A stretch of DNA of 64,000 nucleotides. Source: Camelus dromedarius (Eukaryota). Below are positions 12,995 through 26,575 of the stretch, piece after piece (position 1 is the first letter of the stretch; each line of letters starts with the position of its first letter). The DNA is taken from the NCBI RefSeq assembly GCF_036321535.1, contig NC_087438.1:10666001-10730000 (forward strand), given 5' to 3'. The notes under the pieces are model-generated. The model worked only from the letters and a program-made list of their open reading frames with translations, was not told where the DNA came from and searched no databases. Both the position numbers and the translations under genes were made by a program.

Positions 12995-13320
12995 TTCTGT
13001 ATATTTTGTGTTTGCATTTTGTGTTTGCATCTAATCCTAAACTCCCAATTTACCTCCCCCTGTCACCTTTCTCCTTTGGTAACCATAAATTTGCTTTCTA
13101 TGGCTGTGAGTCTCTGTTTTGTAAATAAGTTCATTTGTGTCATTTTTTTTTAGATTCCACATATAAGTGATATATCATCCACTGTATAGCACAGAGAAAT
13201 ATATTCAACAACTTGTAATAATCTATCATAAAAAATATGAAAAATAATATATGTATAACTGAATCACTATGCTGTACACCAGAAACTAACACAACATTGT
13301 AAATCAACTATACTTCAATA
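12995..13320 (+). mobile_element. 5'-truncated, 5'-inverted L1 3' end (twin priming)
   Basis: 16-bp TSD AAAAAGCAAGTATTCA at 12979-12994 and 13321-13336. About 12995-13177 is antisense L1 3'UTR and about 13178-13320 is the sense L1 terminus. Confidence 0.9.
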
Positions 13321-14507
13321 AAAAAGCAAGTATTCAACACATATTAGCTATTTTTATTAATAATTATTTTATTGTTTTTATTTTACCAGTTAGTGCCCAA
13401 CTCTTTGTTAAGTATTTTGAATATCACCTGTCAGTGGATATCCTGTCAGCCGATCATCCAACACAACATTCACAAGCCACCAAAAAATGTCCATCGCTTT
13501 TAGTATATAGTATTTATTCAATAAGGTAGAGAAATGTGCAGTATAGATTTCTAGCAACAATAATCTTGTACTGAAAAAAGAAAAAGAAAACCAGTGATCT
13601 GCATTTTAAAGGGTGAGCTTCAGTTATCAAGAAAATGCACTCACAGAGGTAGCCCGTCTCCAGGAAATGCTGCACAAAACAGGGTTTTCTGTGCTTCTGT
13701 TGCATCTCCACATCAACTAATAAAGTCACAGGTATTAAAAAAATACCAGGTTGATTTCTTAAAATGGAGACATGACACAAGGCACTTCTGGTATGAGTTT
13801 AATGAGGTCTATTTATTCCAGCTCACATAGGACATTAAAAGGATGATTTCCCATCCGTGATCTCTTGCTCTTCCATCCCAACAAAACCTGCCCTGCTGCC
13901 CCAGGTCACACAAGGTAGAGCAAAATGACCGGGAAGCCAATTCTTGGCCACTAACATAAAATTGGGCTCATGACATCAAAAAAGGGAGATGGTACCGTGG
14001 ATAGACACTCCTTGGTACACTTTTAAAACCGCTTTTAAAGGATTTGATGTACTATGAGAAAGAGATTTAGCTACTGTCTCATGGTATGAAGGATCCGATT
14101 ATCTTCAGAAGGATGTGCTTTGGAAGAAGTCTGACAATGTAGCAGTTAGAGTTAGGTTGGTCACTGAACCACCTCAATAAATAAATGAGTCAAGAAACAA
14201 ACCGCTCAATTATACCTTTGTGGCTCTAGAAATAATCTACTCACCTAAGTGCAGTGAGAGGTACTTTAAATGCAGGAGTACATCTAAAGAAAACTGGGAA
14301 ACACAGTGGAGAAGCGAGTATCAATTGGACTAAGGAGGTCACAGTGCCCTTCACTAAATATGGACTGCCAGTGACCTCATCTCCTATGTATGAATGAGAA
14401 ATGGAAATAGGCACCAAGTTATGCCAGGCACAAAGCCCAAGGCAGCCAGAGAGAACGCATTATCTACTTACTGCACAAAGATGCTCTGTGAAACACACAT
14501 ACATGTA

Positions 14508-14568
14508 TATATGCGCGTGTGTGTGTGTGTGTGCGTGCATGTGTGTGTGCGTGTGTGTGTGCATGTGT
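14508..14568. repeat. Interrupted (TG)n microsatellite within an old L1 fragment
   Basis: Seen directly. Confidence 0.9.
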
Positions 14569-16179
14569 ATCCTCAATTATGTCAAAAAAAAAATTGGCAG
14601 GAGATACCCAAAATGTTAAAGTTTTTCTCTTTTTCAATTTAGAGTGGAATTAAAGGTATTTATACTTTTTTCCTCCATTTAAAAAATAACCAAACTTTAA
14701 ACAGCATGCATAACTTTTATAATTAGAAAAAAAAAAAAAGGTTATTTTGAGATCTATTCCATTAACATCAAACAGACTGGAGGGTAAAAAAGTCCCCCAT
14801 CTACAGTTACTTAGAAATTTAACCAGGGATTTACTCTTTTGTCTGTAAGCACTTTGGAAAGTGGTGCATCCAGTGGACACTTTTGTTATTCCTTAGGGTG
14901 AGCGCTGCCTGGGGAGGTCTCTTCCATCACTCAGTGACCTTGAATGGAGAGTCTCTTCCGGGTCGTGGCCAGTGCCAGGCACAACACTCACTTCTTAAAC
15001 ATTCCTGTACCTCCTGGTTTAACGGTGACGTTTTCTAGGGGGTGGGGGTGCATTGCTCTGCTTAGTAGACAAGGAGAACATTGATCAAGCTCCTCTTCCT
15101 GGTCTTTTCTTTTTTCCCATTTTGTGATGTTGGTAATTTGAGACCTTCTTATACCGTGGAGGCCTAACTCTAGGTTTCTGAAGTTAGAAAGGGGGGCTGA
15201 AGAAACACATCTCACTCCAATATGTAACAATGCATATACAAAACTCTTCATTCACAGATAAATCCCTTGGGTCTCTGAATGATCCTATTGGACCCACCCA
15301 AACTCAGTCATTCACCCAGGACCATCCGAAATACCTCAGGTTATCACTTGAGGGTCAAAGAGGAGACCAGGACCTGGCACTGGCAGAACACATTGCTTCT
15401 TAAGTGAGAAGATTTCAAGTCTTCATAGCAAAGCTGTCTTTAATATTTTGAGTGTCATTAGGTACCTTTAAAAAAATCACTGATTTATTCTACATAATTT
15501 GGTGAACTTGGCTTTTAGGGAGTGCAAAGACTTTCTAAGTTTAATTTTAAACAGAAATCACTGTCCTTTGAATATGGTGAGAACAAAGGGACATTTGTCC
15601 CAAATACATTGTCCAACATATACCTTAGTGTCTTCTCTCTTTCCTTAGCAACCTCTGCTGCTCTAATGATAAAGATTTAAGTGATTTCTGAATAACTTTA
15701 TTGTGAAGTATCAGTTGTTGCTTATCTTTCCCCCTCCTTTTTAACCAAAGGCTATGCCAATCTCATCAAAATAAGATACAGCATTGGTTTCATTGTTTAT
15801 CTGGCTACTCTGGCCCTTCTTACATGAAACTCGGTCACAATCTCCCTTTCCTGAGAGTCCTCATTATGAGTGTGTTACATCCATTGAGACTTTAAAATTC
15901 AAATATGACAGCTGAGATTAAATTTAAACCAAGGCTGGGCCTCAAAAAAGCCAGAACTTACTTCCAAATTTCTAAGAACTCCTGGGCGGGTCTCAGTGAG
16001 AAAGCAGAGAGGAGAATGGCTAAGGACCAGGCGGCCACGGTTTGAACCTCGACTCCGTCGGGACTGCCTGTGTAAACCTGCACAAGTGTATTAACACTCC
16101 TGGCCTCTTATTCTTTCCTCATACGTAACATGCACTGAGATGTTCAAAGCACAGACTCAGTGATCAATGAATGGGAGTG

Positions 16180-16183
<4 letters not shown>

Positions 16184-16217
<34 letters not shown>

Positions 16218-16332
16218 TGGAGGGAGGTAATTAGGTTTATTTATTTATTCTTAGACGAGGTACTGGGGATTGAACCCAGGACCTCATATATGCTAAGCAT
16301 GCTCTCTACCACTTGAGCTGTACCCTCCCCCC
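16184..16332 (-). mobile_element. tRNA-Ala-derived SINE (camelid Vic-1 type)
   Basis: Minus strand reads GGGGAGGGTACAGCTCAAGTGGTAGAG...GGGTTCAATCCCCAGTACC with A and B boxes, a poly(A) tail of about 32 nt, and TSD AGTGATGATT/AGCAATGATT. Confidence 0.9.
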
Positions 16333-19285
16333 AGCAATGATTATTCTTGATTCTCCACCTGTACAAATTGAGATAAAATGAAAATTCTGCACACTCTGCA
16401 ATTATCATAAAGTGTTCTACTCATCTAAATGGTTTTACAAACATTATTTTAGTTTCTGCAGTAATAGATATATTCTCATTTTATTCTGTGGTGCCTATCC
16501 TATGCTTAATATTAAAAAGCAAGTTGTTCGATTCCAGATAGCTTTGTTCTCAGTGTAGACTTCAACACGTGCCCCCACCCCCAAATTACTGCCACCACCA
16601 AAATTGAAAAATGTGATAATCTATTTTGTTAAAATAAATATTCCTTAATATTCTGGTTTCTTCCTTGACTGAGCTATAACATTACAGGACAAGCTATGCA
16701 TAACAGATAATAACATTCATGGAAAATATTGAGAGAGGCCCTGGGTGGTTTCTTCACACCCCCATGCCCCACGCCAACACTAACAGCCCTGAGATGGTTG
16801 ATGTGTAATTCCCTTACTCAGTCCATGTGCCGCTTACGCAAATGTCAGTGGAATCTTGTATTTAGCTGGATTTTCATTTTAAAAGTCCTGTCCACCTTTT
16901 CTATAGAAACCACAAACTGATATGTTTATAATTTTTAAAAACCCCTCATTTAAGAAACATAAAATGATTTCACTAGCCTTTTGCTTTTGACAATTCAGAG
17001 ACTTAAAAGCTATGAGATGTTTTATATTCTTAATCTTGCATTTCTTCATCCTCTCGAAAGCTTGTGAACCAGGGAGTGTTTTGACCTTTGGACTCCTGCA
17101 TCACTCCTGTGTTGCTTTAGGCTTAGACAATTACTGAAACATGAATCATTATTTCACTCACAGCAAGGTGAAATACACCTGCCCACTCCGAAAGCATGGT
17201 AGAAACTTACATGTGTCCATCTGTCTAGAAGAACTCGACAAAAGTCCATGTTAAGAGCCTCACACTTTCAGAAGTCTAATGTAGACCCACTTTTGCAAAT
17301 AGGTTCATTTTCCCTCCTCTTTACTGTGCCTCAAAACTTGAGGTAAAATGCTCTTTTATTCATAATCCACACATGACCAGGCCACTCTAGCTCACACTGC
17401 AATTCTTGCCCTTCCATTTAATAGTAAGAAAAAGTAAGCTCTGTGCTTTTCACCCTGTGCCATTTGGCAAAATTATCATCTGGTGCCAGAAGGCAAAGCA
17501 AGTATCCATTTCTTCCCCCATCTCTCCATCCCAAACTCTGATAAAATATCTCCACCACCAGGCAGCCTGTAACCTCATAAACACACAGGCACTTAAGGGA
17601 TAAGGACCTCAAAGGATACTTGTTGATAAAACTTGCTTTTCTGCAACTAGACAGCTTTTCTAGCACTTTGCTTATGTCACCTACGATAAGGAGGTTAGCA
17701 ATGTCTCAAGGATGAGTTTGAATTATTAGACCCACTAGGCTAGACCTCCTGTATATTTGTCTCTTATGTCTAGCCTCCCTTTTGTAACCTCTGGGAGACC
17801 CTATCCCTTACACTAAAATCCAGTCCTTGTATGAAATCAAGGCAGATGTGAGGCAATACTGTGGTATGTTTCAGGCCATTTAACTATGGCAAAGATACTC
17901 ATCTCTCCCAGTTATACCTGCGTAACTAACACACACGTGTGCTACAGTTCAGGGAGAAGAGATTCAGTGAGAAGCGATTCAGTGAGAAGCCTGGGCTCTC
18001 TGACAACCCTCAGGGCAGCTCCAAGAAGATAAGCCTTAAAATAGTAAAAGGTGGAGGTGAACATGTAGCCCTTATCTAAAATGTGCCATGTAATAAATTC
18101 AGGTCTAAAACCCTTTTCAAAGATTAGAGGAAACGCCCAAAGTCACCAGTTAATTATGCAAGAAGGGGAGGTGGGCAGGGAAAAAAGTGGAGCAGCAGAG
18201 AGGCCCTTGGGGGACCCTGGGGAGGTACTGGCAGAGCAAAGTGGCAACAGAAAAGATACAATATTTCATCAAAGGAAATTATCTGGCTTACTAGCCAGAC
18301 ACAGAGGTTATGCTACATTGTGAACTCTTGTCAGCAACAAAATTAGAAGCAGAAAGTAGCTTACAAGGTGGGCTAAGTCTTAGGGAGCTTAAACCTTGCA
18401 ATCTATCAAAAGTTCTGAGCACAGACAGACAAATGCAAGCAGATATTCAACAAATGGAGGAGTGAAAAAAAAACCTTCTGAAAAAAATTTTTTTTAAACT
18501 CAAGGTGCATCAAAATAGGTGCCTTTTCTAAATAAACATTTTTTGAGGTTCCCTCACTTAAAGGAAAAGAAATAAGGCACTACGACAGCAGAAGAGCTGT
18601 TCAATCCCACCCCGGGGCCAGTTCTGACACCTGACACCTGCCCATCAAGGTGACAGGCTGCCCCCCTCAACCCTCCAGCCTCTTCCCAGCCTTAAAAATG
18701 CAAATGCACCCCGCTGAAGGCCTGCGAAAACGGTCCCCATCGGCAAAGTGCAGAGTCCCAATGCCCCGCTGCTGGAGAGTCTGCAGCGCTAGATTTGCAA
18801 TGACGCCACATGGAAAGAAATGGGGGAAAACATGAAAAAGAAACAAGGATGAGAAGGCAACAAACAAAAATGTGCTCCCCTTCTCTGGTGGTCCAAGAGG
18901 GGGGAAAAAAGAAACCCCAAACCAGAGATGGCCAGTGGTCGGCTTATCAGGACACGTTTGGGACACCTCTATTCCATACCTCAGCTTAAAAAAATATATA
19001 TTACAAGTACCTGGGAAATCAACTTGGACACATTCTAATACAAATCATCACCATCACCACAAACCCGGGCTAAATAAAACCCCAGCACTCGAGCTATCAG
19101 AAACTACATTTTACTTACAAACCAAAGGTTTACATAATCACAAATTACATAATACTCTTTCTGTGCACTAAAAACCCTTCTATAGGTGAAGCGCCAAACC
19201 CTCCGGTCTTTTAACATTTTCCAGGGAGAGCTGGAAAAGTCTGCTGAATAATTGGGGGGAGGGGGAATGGAATGCTGGAAAGTCA

Positions 19286-19893
<608 letters not shown>

Positions 19894-19895
<2 letters not shown>

Positions 19896-19925
19896 ATAAG
19901 CGCTCTGGGGCCCGGAAATAAATAA
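19894..19925 (-). promoter_or_regulatory. TATA-like core promoter motifs (TTATTTATTT 19916-19925; TTATAA 19894-19899)
   Basis: Two AT-rich motifs embedded in the CpG island about 330-360 nt upstream of the ATG. Confidence 0.6.
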
Positions 19926-19934
19926 CCGCGCGCA

Positions 19935-19940
<6 letters not shown>

Positions 19941-19967
<27 letters not shown>
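19941..19967. repeat. (GCC)9 trinucleotide tract in the ANKH promoter
   Basis: Counted directly. Confidence 0.95.
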
Positions 19968-19972
<5 letters not shown>

Positions 19973-22559
19973 GGTGCGGAGGAAATCAGGGGCGGGCGCG
20001 GAGGCGCGGACACCGCTGGCGGCCCCGGGGGCGGGAGGACGGGCGGACGGCGGCCTGGGGAAGGGGCCGGGCGGGCGGCGCCCGCCTTCCCTCCGCCGCC
20101 GCCTGCGCTCGGCGCGGCCGCGCGGGGCGCTGCGCACGCACAGGCCTCGGGGCCGCCGCATCCGCCGCGTCCGGGCGCGCGGGGTGGGACTCACCGCGGT
20201 ACCCCTGCCGGCCGAGGGCGGCGGCGCGAGGCTGCGGGGGAAGCGAGCTGGGGGCGGCGCGCCATCCAGAGCCGGAGGGCGCCGCGGGGGGAGCCTGAGG
20301 GGCGGGCGCAGCCAGGGATCGGGAGGCTCCCCGGGGCCCTGCGGCCCGGCCCTGTCGCCCCAGCTTTGTGGGGCCCGCGACTGGGGTACCCGCACAGCCC
20401 CGGGAAGGGCCGAGACGTGTGAAAAACAGGCAGCAGGGGCCGGCGACCTGAGCGCGGACGCACGTGGAGAGATGAGGCGCGCAGGGGCCGAGAGGGAGCG
20501 AGTTTGGGAAGCCCCCCTCCACCTCCCTGGCGGGCGCTGCGCGGGCCCTGTCCCCCGGTGGCCGCCTTGAGGCGGGTGGGGACGTGCGGAGGAGGCCGTT
20601 CCCGGCCGGAGACCTGCTTCGGGCCCATCTGGAGAGCTGGAGGCCCTGGAGAGATGGGTGTGTCGCTCTGGGCCGGCGGGAGAGACCGAGAAAAGGAGCA
20701 TCTCAGCGTGTCCAAGGGCGATGGTGACCCGCATCCTGGGGGAAAATGTGCAGAGGGCCGCAGGGACGGTCCCCGCAGGCACCCGGGATGTCGGGGGCTG
20801 CCCTTTGGGACGCTCAGATCTGCCTCCAGCAGAGTTTGCTAACTGTCAGCTGAGAGTCCCCTCACTGCACCACTGCTGGAGGCAACAACAACAAAACTCG
20901 AAAAGTGTGTCTCTGCAATAAAGGAGAAAAAGAAAAATCTGTTTTATAATACTGTGCCCCAGTGATTTCAGGATAAAGAATAGTTGTGACGCTTTACCTA
21001 AAATTAAGAACAGCGTGGCAGCAAAGTCAGCATCTGTCTCAGCACCCAGCGCTCGATGACCGGAGGGCTGAGGCCCCTGGAATGAAAAGCACCCAGAGGA
21101 GGGAGGGATTGCCTGCGTGGAGATCTCTGTACAATAGAGGGGAAAGGCTTCCCGTGCAGGACGGGCTTCGCGCGCGACCTGTGGTCTCGCAAAGGACCTG
21201 GCACTTAGAGGGAGCTGCGCTTGGCTTAATGCTCTGCTGTGGCCCTCTTGAAATTAGTAATTTTTAAAAGAGGGTCCGGCAAACTGTGCAGCCTGTCCTA
21301 CTCATATTATTTTGCACTACCGTCCCCCATTCATCTTTCGGTTTACGAAGCATAATGAATTAATTCATTATTAAAACTAATAAGTAAATCTTGCACCTAG
21401 AAAGGAGCCTGTTACCTCGCATTTCGCATCGGAAAGCTTGTATTCATAGTGAGCTTGAGACCTCGACCTCCAGGGTTCACGTATTTCACAATTATTTGAA
21501 AATATCCCATGTTTTCTGCCCTTGAAAAGACCTTTTAGAATTCCACACAGAACAGGGCCTTGAGAAATAGGAAGCTAATTTACCTTGCAGCTCTGATGTA
21601 ACCTCAGATCACATCCCCTATAATTAAAATGAAATTCTGGTAATTATTTATTGTGTTAGATGTATCCAGTAGTATTATTTTAGAGATTTCCCAGCAAAAC
21701 AGGAAGTTCTCGTGTGCGGGACTTTCCTCAACAGCAGGTTCCTGAAAGGTGTGTTTTAATAGAGTTGGATCTTTATTTTAAATATCCGAAGAGAGCCTAT
21801 TATTTAAAGGAATTCTCAGGGAAGGAGTTTTTTTTTTTTTCTAAAGCAAATATCATCTTACGGTTTATCCATTCTGTAGTCTAGCAATTTTACCTTAAAC
21901 AATCTAATGACACTGACCTTTGTCTAGAACGTGGGGTTGATGAGGTTCTCAATCGATCCTCAGGAAGTCTCGTTTGCTTTGGTTGGTCCCTGGACAAGGA
22001 CAGGCCAACCTTGCTGTGCTGACTGATGCAGTCGCACACCTTTGGTCTTAAGGAGGAATGGCGAGAAAGTTCCAGTGAATCAATGAAAGGTCATCATCCT
22101 TGTTTAAGCACTCTAAGTATACTTTTTAAAATAAGTGATTTAATAGTGCCATCTTGATTATGGCTAAGAGCACTTTTTAGATTTGAAAGGGCTTTGAATT
22201 TCAGTCACACTATAGCATTGTGGAACTGAATGGAACAATTAATTACTTTTTTTTTTTTTTTGGTCAAAGAGTCAAAAATCAGGTAGATTTCAAGGGGAGT
22301 TTTTGGCCTCTCTCTCTTCCTCTTTTAAACTCAGCAGTTGTTTGAAAAGATGTCTAGAATACAGGTGATGATAATGAATGGGAAATTTTTAAAATTACCC
22401 AGAACCCAAGGAGAGATCACAGAGTCATTTAAATTAGATTCAGAGAGTGTTCTCTTTCAGAGGGTACAGCTTTACTTTCCTTTTACAAGGTTTTTAGTTT
22501 AGATTTGATTGCTTTTGGCCAAAGATTGGTATAAGATTTACAGACTGTATACTCAACCA

Positions 22560-22740
22560 TGTAAGAAAAAAATTATGTGCATATAGGAAAAAATACTGGA
22601 AGGAACCACGCTCAACTATTAACAGTGGTTAGTTACAGCTGCATAGTGTTAGTACTTATTTTTCTTTTATACTTTTCAGTATTGACCAAAATAGGCATAT
22701 GAAAGTTTATAAAAAGAAAAAGTGTTTTTAAAAAATATTT
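22560..22740 (+). mobile_element. Old L1M 3' fragment
   Basis: AAAATACTGGAAGGAA...TTAACAGTGGTTA motif. Confidence 0.55.
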
Positions 22741-23759
22741 GCAAAACTTCCTTAGAAGTACAAGTTAGCATTGATTTCACAGCACGGGAAAAGTTATTCT
22801 TCCCAAAACAATTTCATAAACGACCAACAATATGCTATTATTTTAATGCCTAAAATTATTAACGCCAAGTTTGGAAGACACTAATGTGAAAAAGAGAAAC
22901 TAAAAGTTACATACACGTCTGATTTACTTTTTTTCTGTAGTTAGTCATAAATGGATATGCTCACGTTACCCACAAGGAGTATTAGCTGCAAAGGACAGAA
23001 TAAAAGATCTTGTTTAAGATCCAGTTTGAGAACTCTACAACTCATATATCCTTGATTTGAGGAGCCCAATGGTGTCACATTGGAAACATAGCAATGGGCA
23101 TGGTCCGGAAGCAGCTGCCATAAATATTTGTGTGGGATGGGCTTTATACAGTCATCCACACTGGGCACACATGATTACCCCATGTCATATACTCAGTGTA
23201 ACCAATTTACTCAACACATGGTTTTGATGGAAGGTTTAGTCCCAAATATTGATGTCTAGTTTTGAAATGATCAGTAAACCCTCCAAGATATAGAGTAGAT
23301 ATAAATCCAAGCCTTGTGGTTCTCCATCTGGGCCTAGTGCAGTTTTACTGCATGGCTCACTGTAAATATGGTCGGGGGAGCTTCTGATTCTACACTACTC
23401 AATTATGTTTCTATAAATATTGTCCTATTTGATGCAGTCATGATTTCTGCCTGTTTTCAAGCTTCCAGAGAGCAAAAGGAGAAGTCGTATCTTTCCCCAA
23501 ACTTCAGGTTTTACTTTTGTCGTCTCTGTGTCATTCCAGCCCAAACCCTAGTTATAATTTGACTGGCCTAATTATCAAAGCCAATTTGTGTGCTCTCAGC
23601 GTATTCCAACAATTGGAGGTAGGAGGTGAGTGTCATGGGTAAACGATCCTGAAATCGAACATCTGCTGTAGATAAGCTAGACTTTGCTAGTTACATTCAG
23701 CCAAGAGTTACAGTTTTCACTTTTAATAACTTCTTCAATAGTATTTGCAAAGGGACCAC

Positions 23760-24140
23760 ACAGATGCTTCAAAATGTTGTGCTATGAAAACGGATGGAGA
23801 AGATTTCTACATACTGATATGGAGGGAGCTGCAGACTATTTTGATAAGTGAAAAAAGTGAGGTGCCAAACCATGAAATGGAATGCTATTTGGGGGTATCA
23901 AAGCAGAGAGAAATATGAGTATGTTTGTATGTGCCTTGTGTATTTGCTTTTATTTGTGAAAAGACACAGTGGAAATATAAACAAAAATGATTCAAATGTT
24001 TATCTTTGGGGGAAAAAAGAGACCAAGGTGGAATAGAGATGGAGGAAGGACTTCTCTGAATGTACTGTATTATCACCTTTTGGCTTTGAGAACAATCATG
24101 TTTTACATAGTGAAACAAAATTAAATCAAAAGAAAACAAT
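23760..24140 (+). mobile_element. Old L1M 3' fragment
   Basis: TACATACTGATATGGA...TAAGTGAAAAAAG motifs. Confidence 0.6.
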
Positions 24141-24718
24141 TATGGACAGCAGACATATAAATCTCTTGAATTTTTTTTCTCGTTTATTTCTCTTCTGAGA
24201 AGAGGGTTTGACGCAAATTTAATTAGAGCACAGATTTACGCCTTATGCACTTTTATAAATTTTGATTTTTCTATAGTTGCTAAAGAATAAAACATTCAGG
24301 AAGCCCCTTGCCAGGTCAGTGATGTAACCTGATAACATCGTATGTTGGTAACTGTTAACTCACTCTTACATCTGAACAGGGACCTGAGAAACAAAAGTCA
24401 GTTTTAGGGTGGATTCTGCTTGTACCACTCAAAAACACCACCACCACCGCCTGACTTTCAGGTTTCTGGAAGGATCTTCGTATAGGTGAGCGTTTGATGA
24501 TTTGCCAACTTACATTTGGCTCATTACCGTGAAACACAAAAGATACTTCATCCTGGCTCTCCAAACCTTAGGTCTGGCAATTCTTAGTGAATCAGATGGA
24601 TGGACAACAGAAAAGATGAAAATGTAGTTATTTCTCATTTCCCTTTTTCCTCTTTGTTGAACTTTTGCTTTTGCTATTTTTTTTTAATGACCAGAATAAC
24701 ACAAACTGTCTGTAATTA

Positions 24719-25221
24719 TAGGCGTGTCTTGTTTTATTGCACTTTGCTTTATTGCATTTCACAGGTAGTGCATTTTTTTTTTTTTTTTTTTTACAAACTG
24801 AAGGTTTTTGGCAACCCTATGTTCAGCAAGTCTATGGAGGACATTTTGTCAACAGCATTTGCTCACTTCCTGTCTCTGCATCACATTTTTGTAATTCTCC
24901 CAATATTTCGAACTTTTTCATTATTATACGTGTTGTGGTGATCTGTGATCAGTGAGATTTGATGTTACCAACTATGAGTTGCTCAAGGCGCAGATAGTGG
25001 TTAGCGTATTTTAGCAATAACATGTTTTTAAATTAAGGTATATACATTGTTTTTTTAAAGACATATGCTATTGCACACTTAATAGATTACATAGTGTGAA
25101 CATAACTTTAAATGTCCTGAGCAACCAAAAAATCTTGTGTAACTAACTTGCTTTAGTGCAGTAAATTCACTTTATTGTTGTGGTCTGGAATTAAACCTGC
25201 AGTTTCTCTAAGCTATGCCTG
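24719..25221 (+). mobile_element. Tigger1 internal-deletion derivative (Tc1/mariner-Tigger DNA transposon)
   Basis: Degenerate terminal inverted repeats (TAGGCGTGTCTTG.../...CTAAGCTATGCCTG), TA on both flanks, recognisable Tigger1 ends, no transposase. Confidence 0.9.
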
Positions 25222-25627
25222 TAAATATATTTAATAAAGTTTACATTTTTATTCTTGCTATCTACCCAAGGTCTATTTACTTTTAAAGGCTCTTTGAACA
25301 TCTCATGTCTTTTACAAAGATATCCTGTATAATTCTAGCTCAGTTTGATCATTTCTCTTCTGATCTATATCTTGGTGATCAGAACAAGAGCTGCATTGGT
25401 CTTTATTTCTAGTTTATGTCTGATATCTACCACAAAATATTAAATTTCCTGAGGTGGGGAATGATTTAAAATATTATTCCATCTCTTTTCACTCTCTTAC
25501 TTCCCATCTCCAACCCAGGATAATAATAGACACTAAATAATACATTTTGAATTGGGTTTTCCATAAGCTTGTGTATGTTGAACCTCCAAGTTGACAATTC
25601 GTGGCTCACAGCTAATCTATGAGGAGG

Positions 25628-26130
25628 TGTATGAGTTGAATTCCTTTGGTTGAATGTCAGAGAAATTAGCTTAAACTAGACAAAGCTGAAAAGAAGGATT
25701 TATTATGAAGATACAGGTGTGTCCCACAGAACCCAGGCCAAAAGCACTGTGTCCTCAGGAAGGGCCTGGAACCAGGGACTGAGCACCCGTCAGGACTCTG
25801 TCTCTAATCACCATTTCTTTCTCCTTTCCTGCTCTCCCTCCTCCCTGCCCTCCACTCTCTCCTCTGTCATCCTCTACACTTCTGGTCCAACCTCTGCCTT
25901 TCTAGTGATTAGAAAGTGCTCAACCACAGCTCCCGAGATTTAGACATCAGATTCTTTTTGCTCCCAGGTCTGTATTTCTGCAGAAGGGACCCTGAGTCAG
26001 CCAGCTTGGGTCAGGTGTTTACCCTGGTTAAATCAGAGGAGTCATGGGGTGGGGGCCTGTTGTCCAGAATGACCACTGGGAGCCCCAGAGAGGAGAGGTT
26101 GGGCAGACAACCCAACAGCTGTCCAGCACA
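25628..26130. mobile_element. Old MaLR (MLT1-type) LTR
   Basis: Pattern resembles old MLT1 LTRs (GCTTAAAC...AAAAGAAGGATTTATT). Highly diverged. Confidence 0.5.
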
Positions 26131-26412
26131 CAGCCCCTGCCCCTAGTCTCTGCAGCACATACTCACATCACCCCATACAGACGATGTTCCAAAGATGGCT
26201 CTGCCTAACAAAGCCCGACTATTCTGTTACAGCTGCAAACATATACTCTCCTTCCCTAACAGAAGACAACTCGAGGTCATGCCCAGCCACTCTCTGCAGA
26301 ACTGGGGTCCCCGATTCGAAGAGAATCTCACCTTTTGCCATATCAAGTGATGTTCTCGGGTTCCAGGGAGTAGGTATCCTTGGGTGCCAGTGTTTAACCC
26401 ATCACATTTGGC

Positions 26413-26575
26413 TTCATTAAAAAGTCAAAACAAAACAGGTGAAATTGATTCTAATCAAATATTTTGTTTGACCTAATGTATCCAAAATACCACTGTTACA
26501 ACATGGAATCAGTATAAACACATCAATGAGATACTTTATATTCTTTTTTCCTACTGGGCCTTTCAAATCTGGTGG
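26413..26575. mobile_element. MER33/MER3-like hAT-Charlie fragment
   Basis: ACAGGTGAAATTGATT...ATGAGATACTTTATATTCTTTTT...TTCAAATCTGGTG. Confidence 0.7.

Noticed and set aside
16250..16332. tRNA-Ala-like sequences here and at about 31000, 32220 and 62830
   Set aside because: These are SINE heads with degenerate stems, A-rich tails and TSDs, not tRNA genes.
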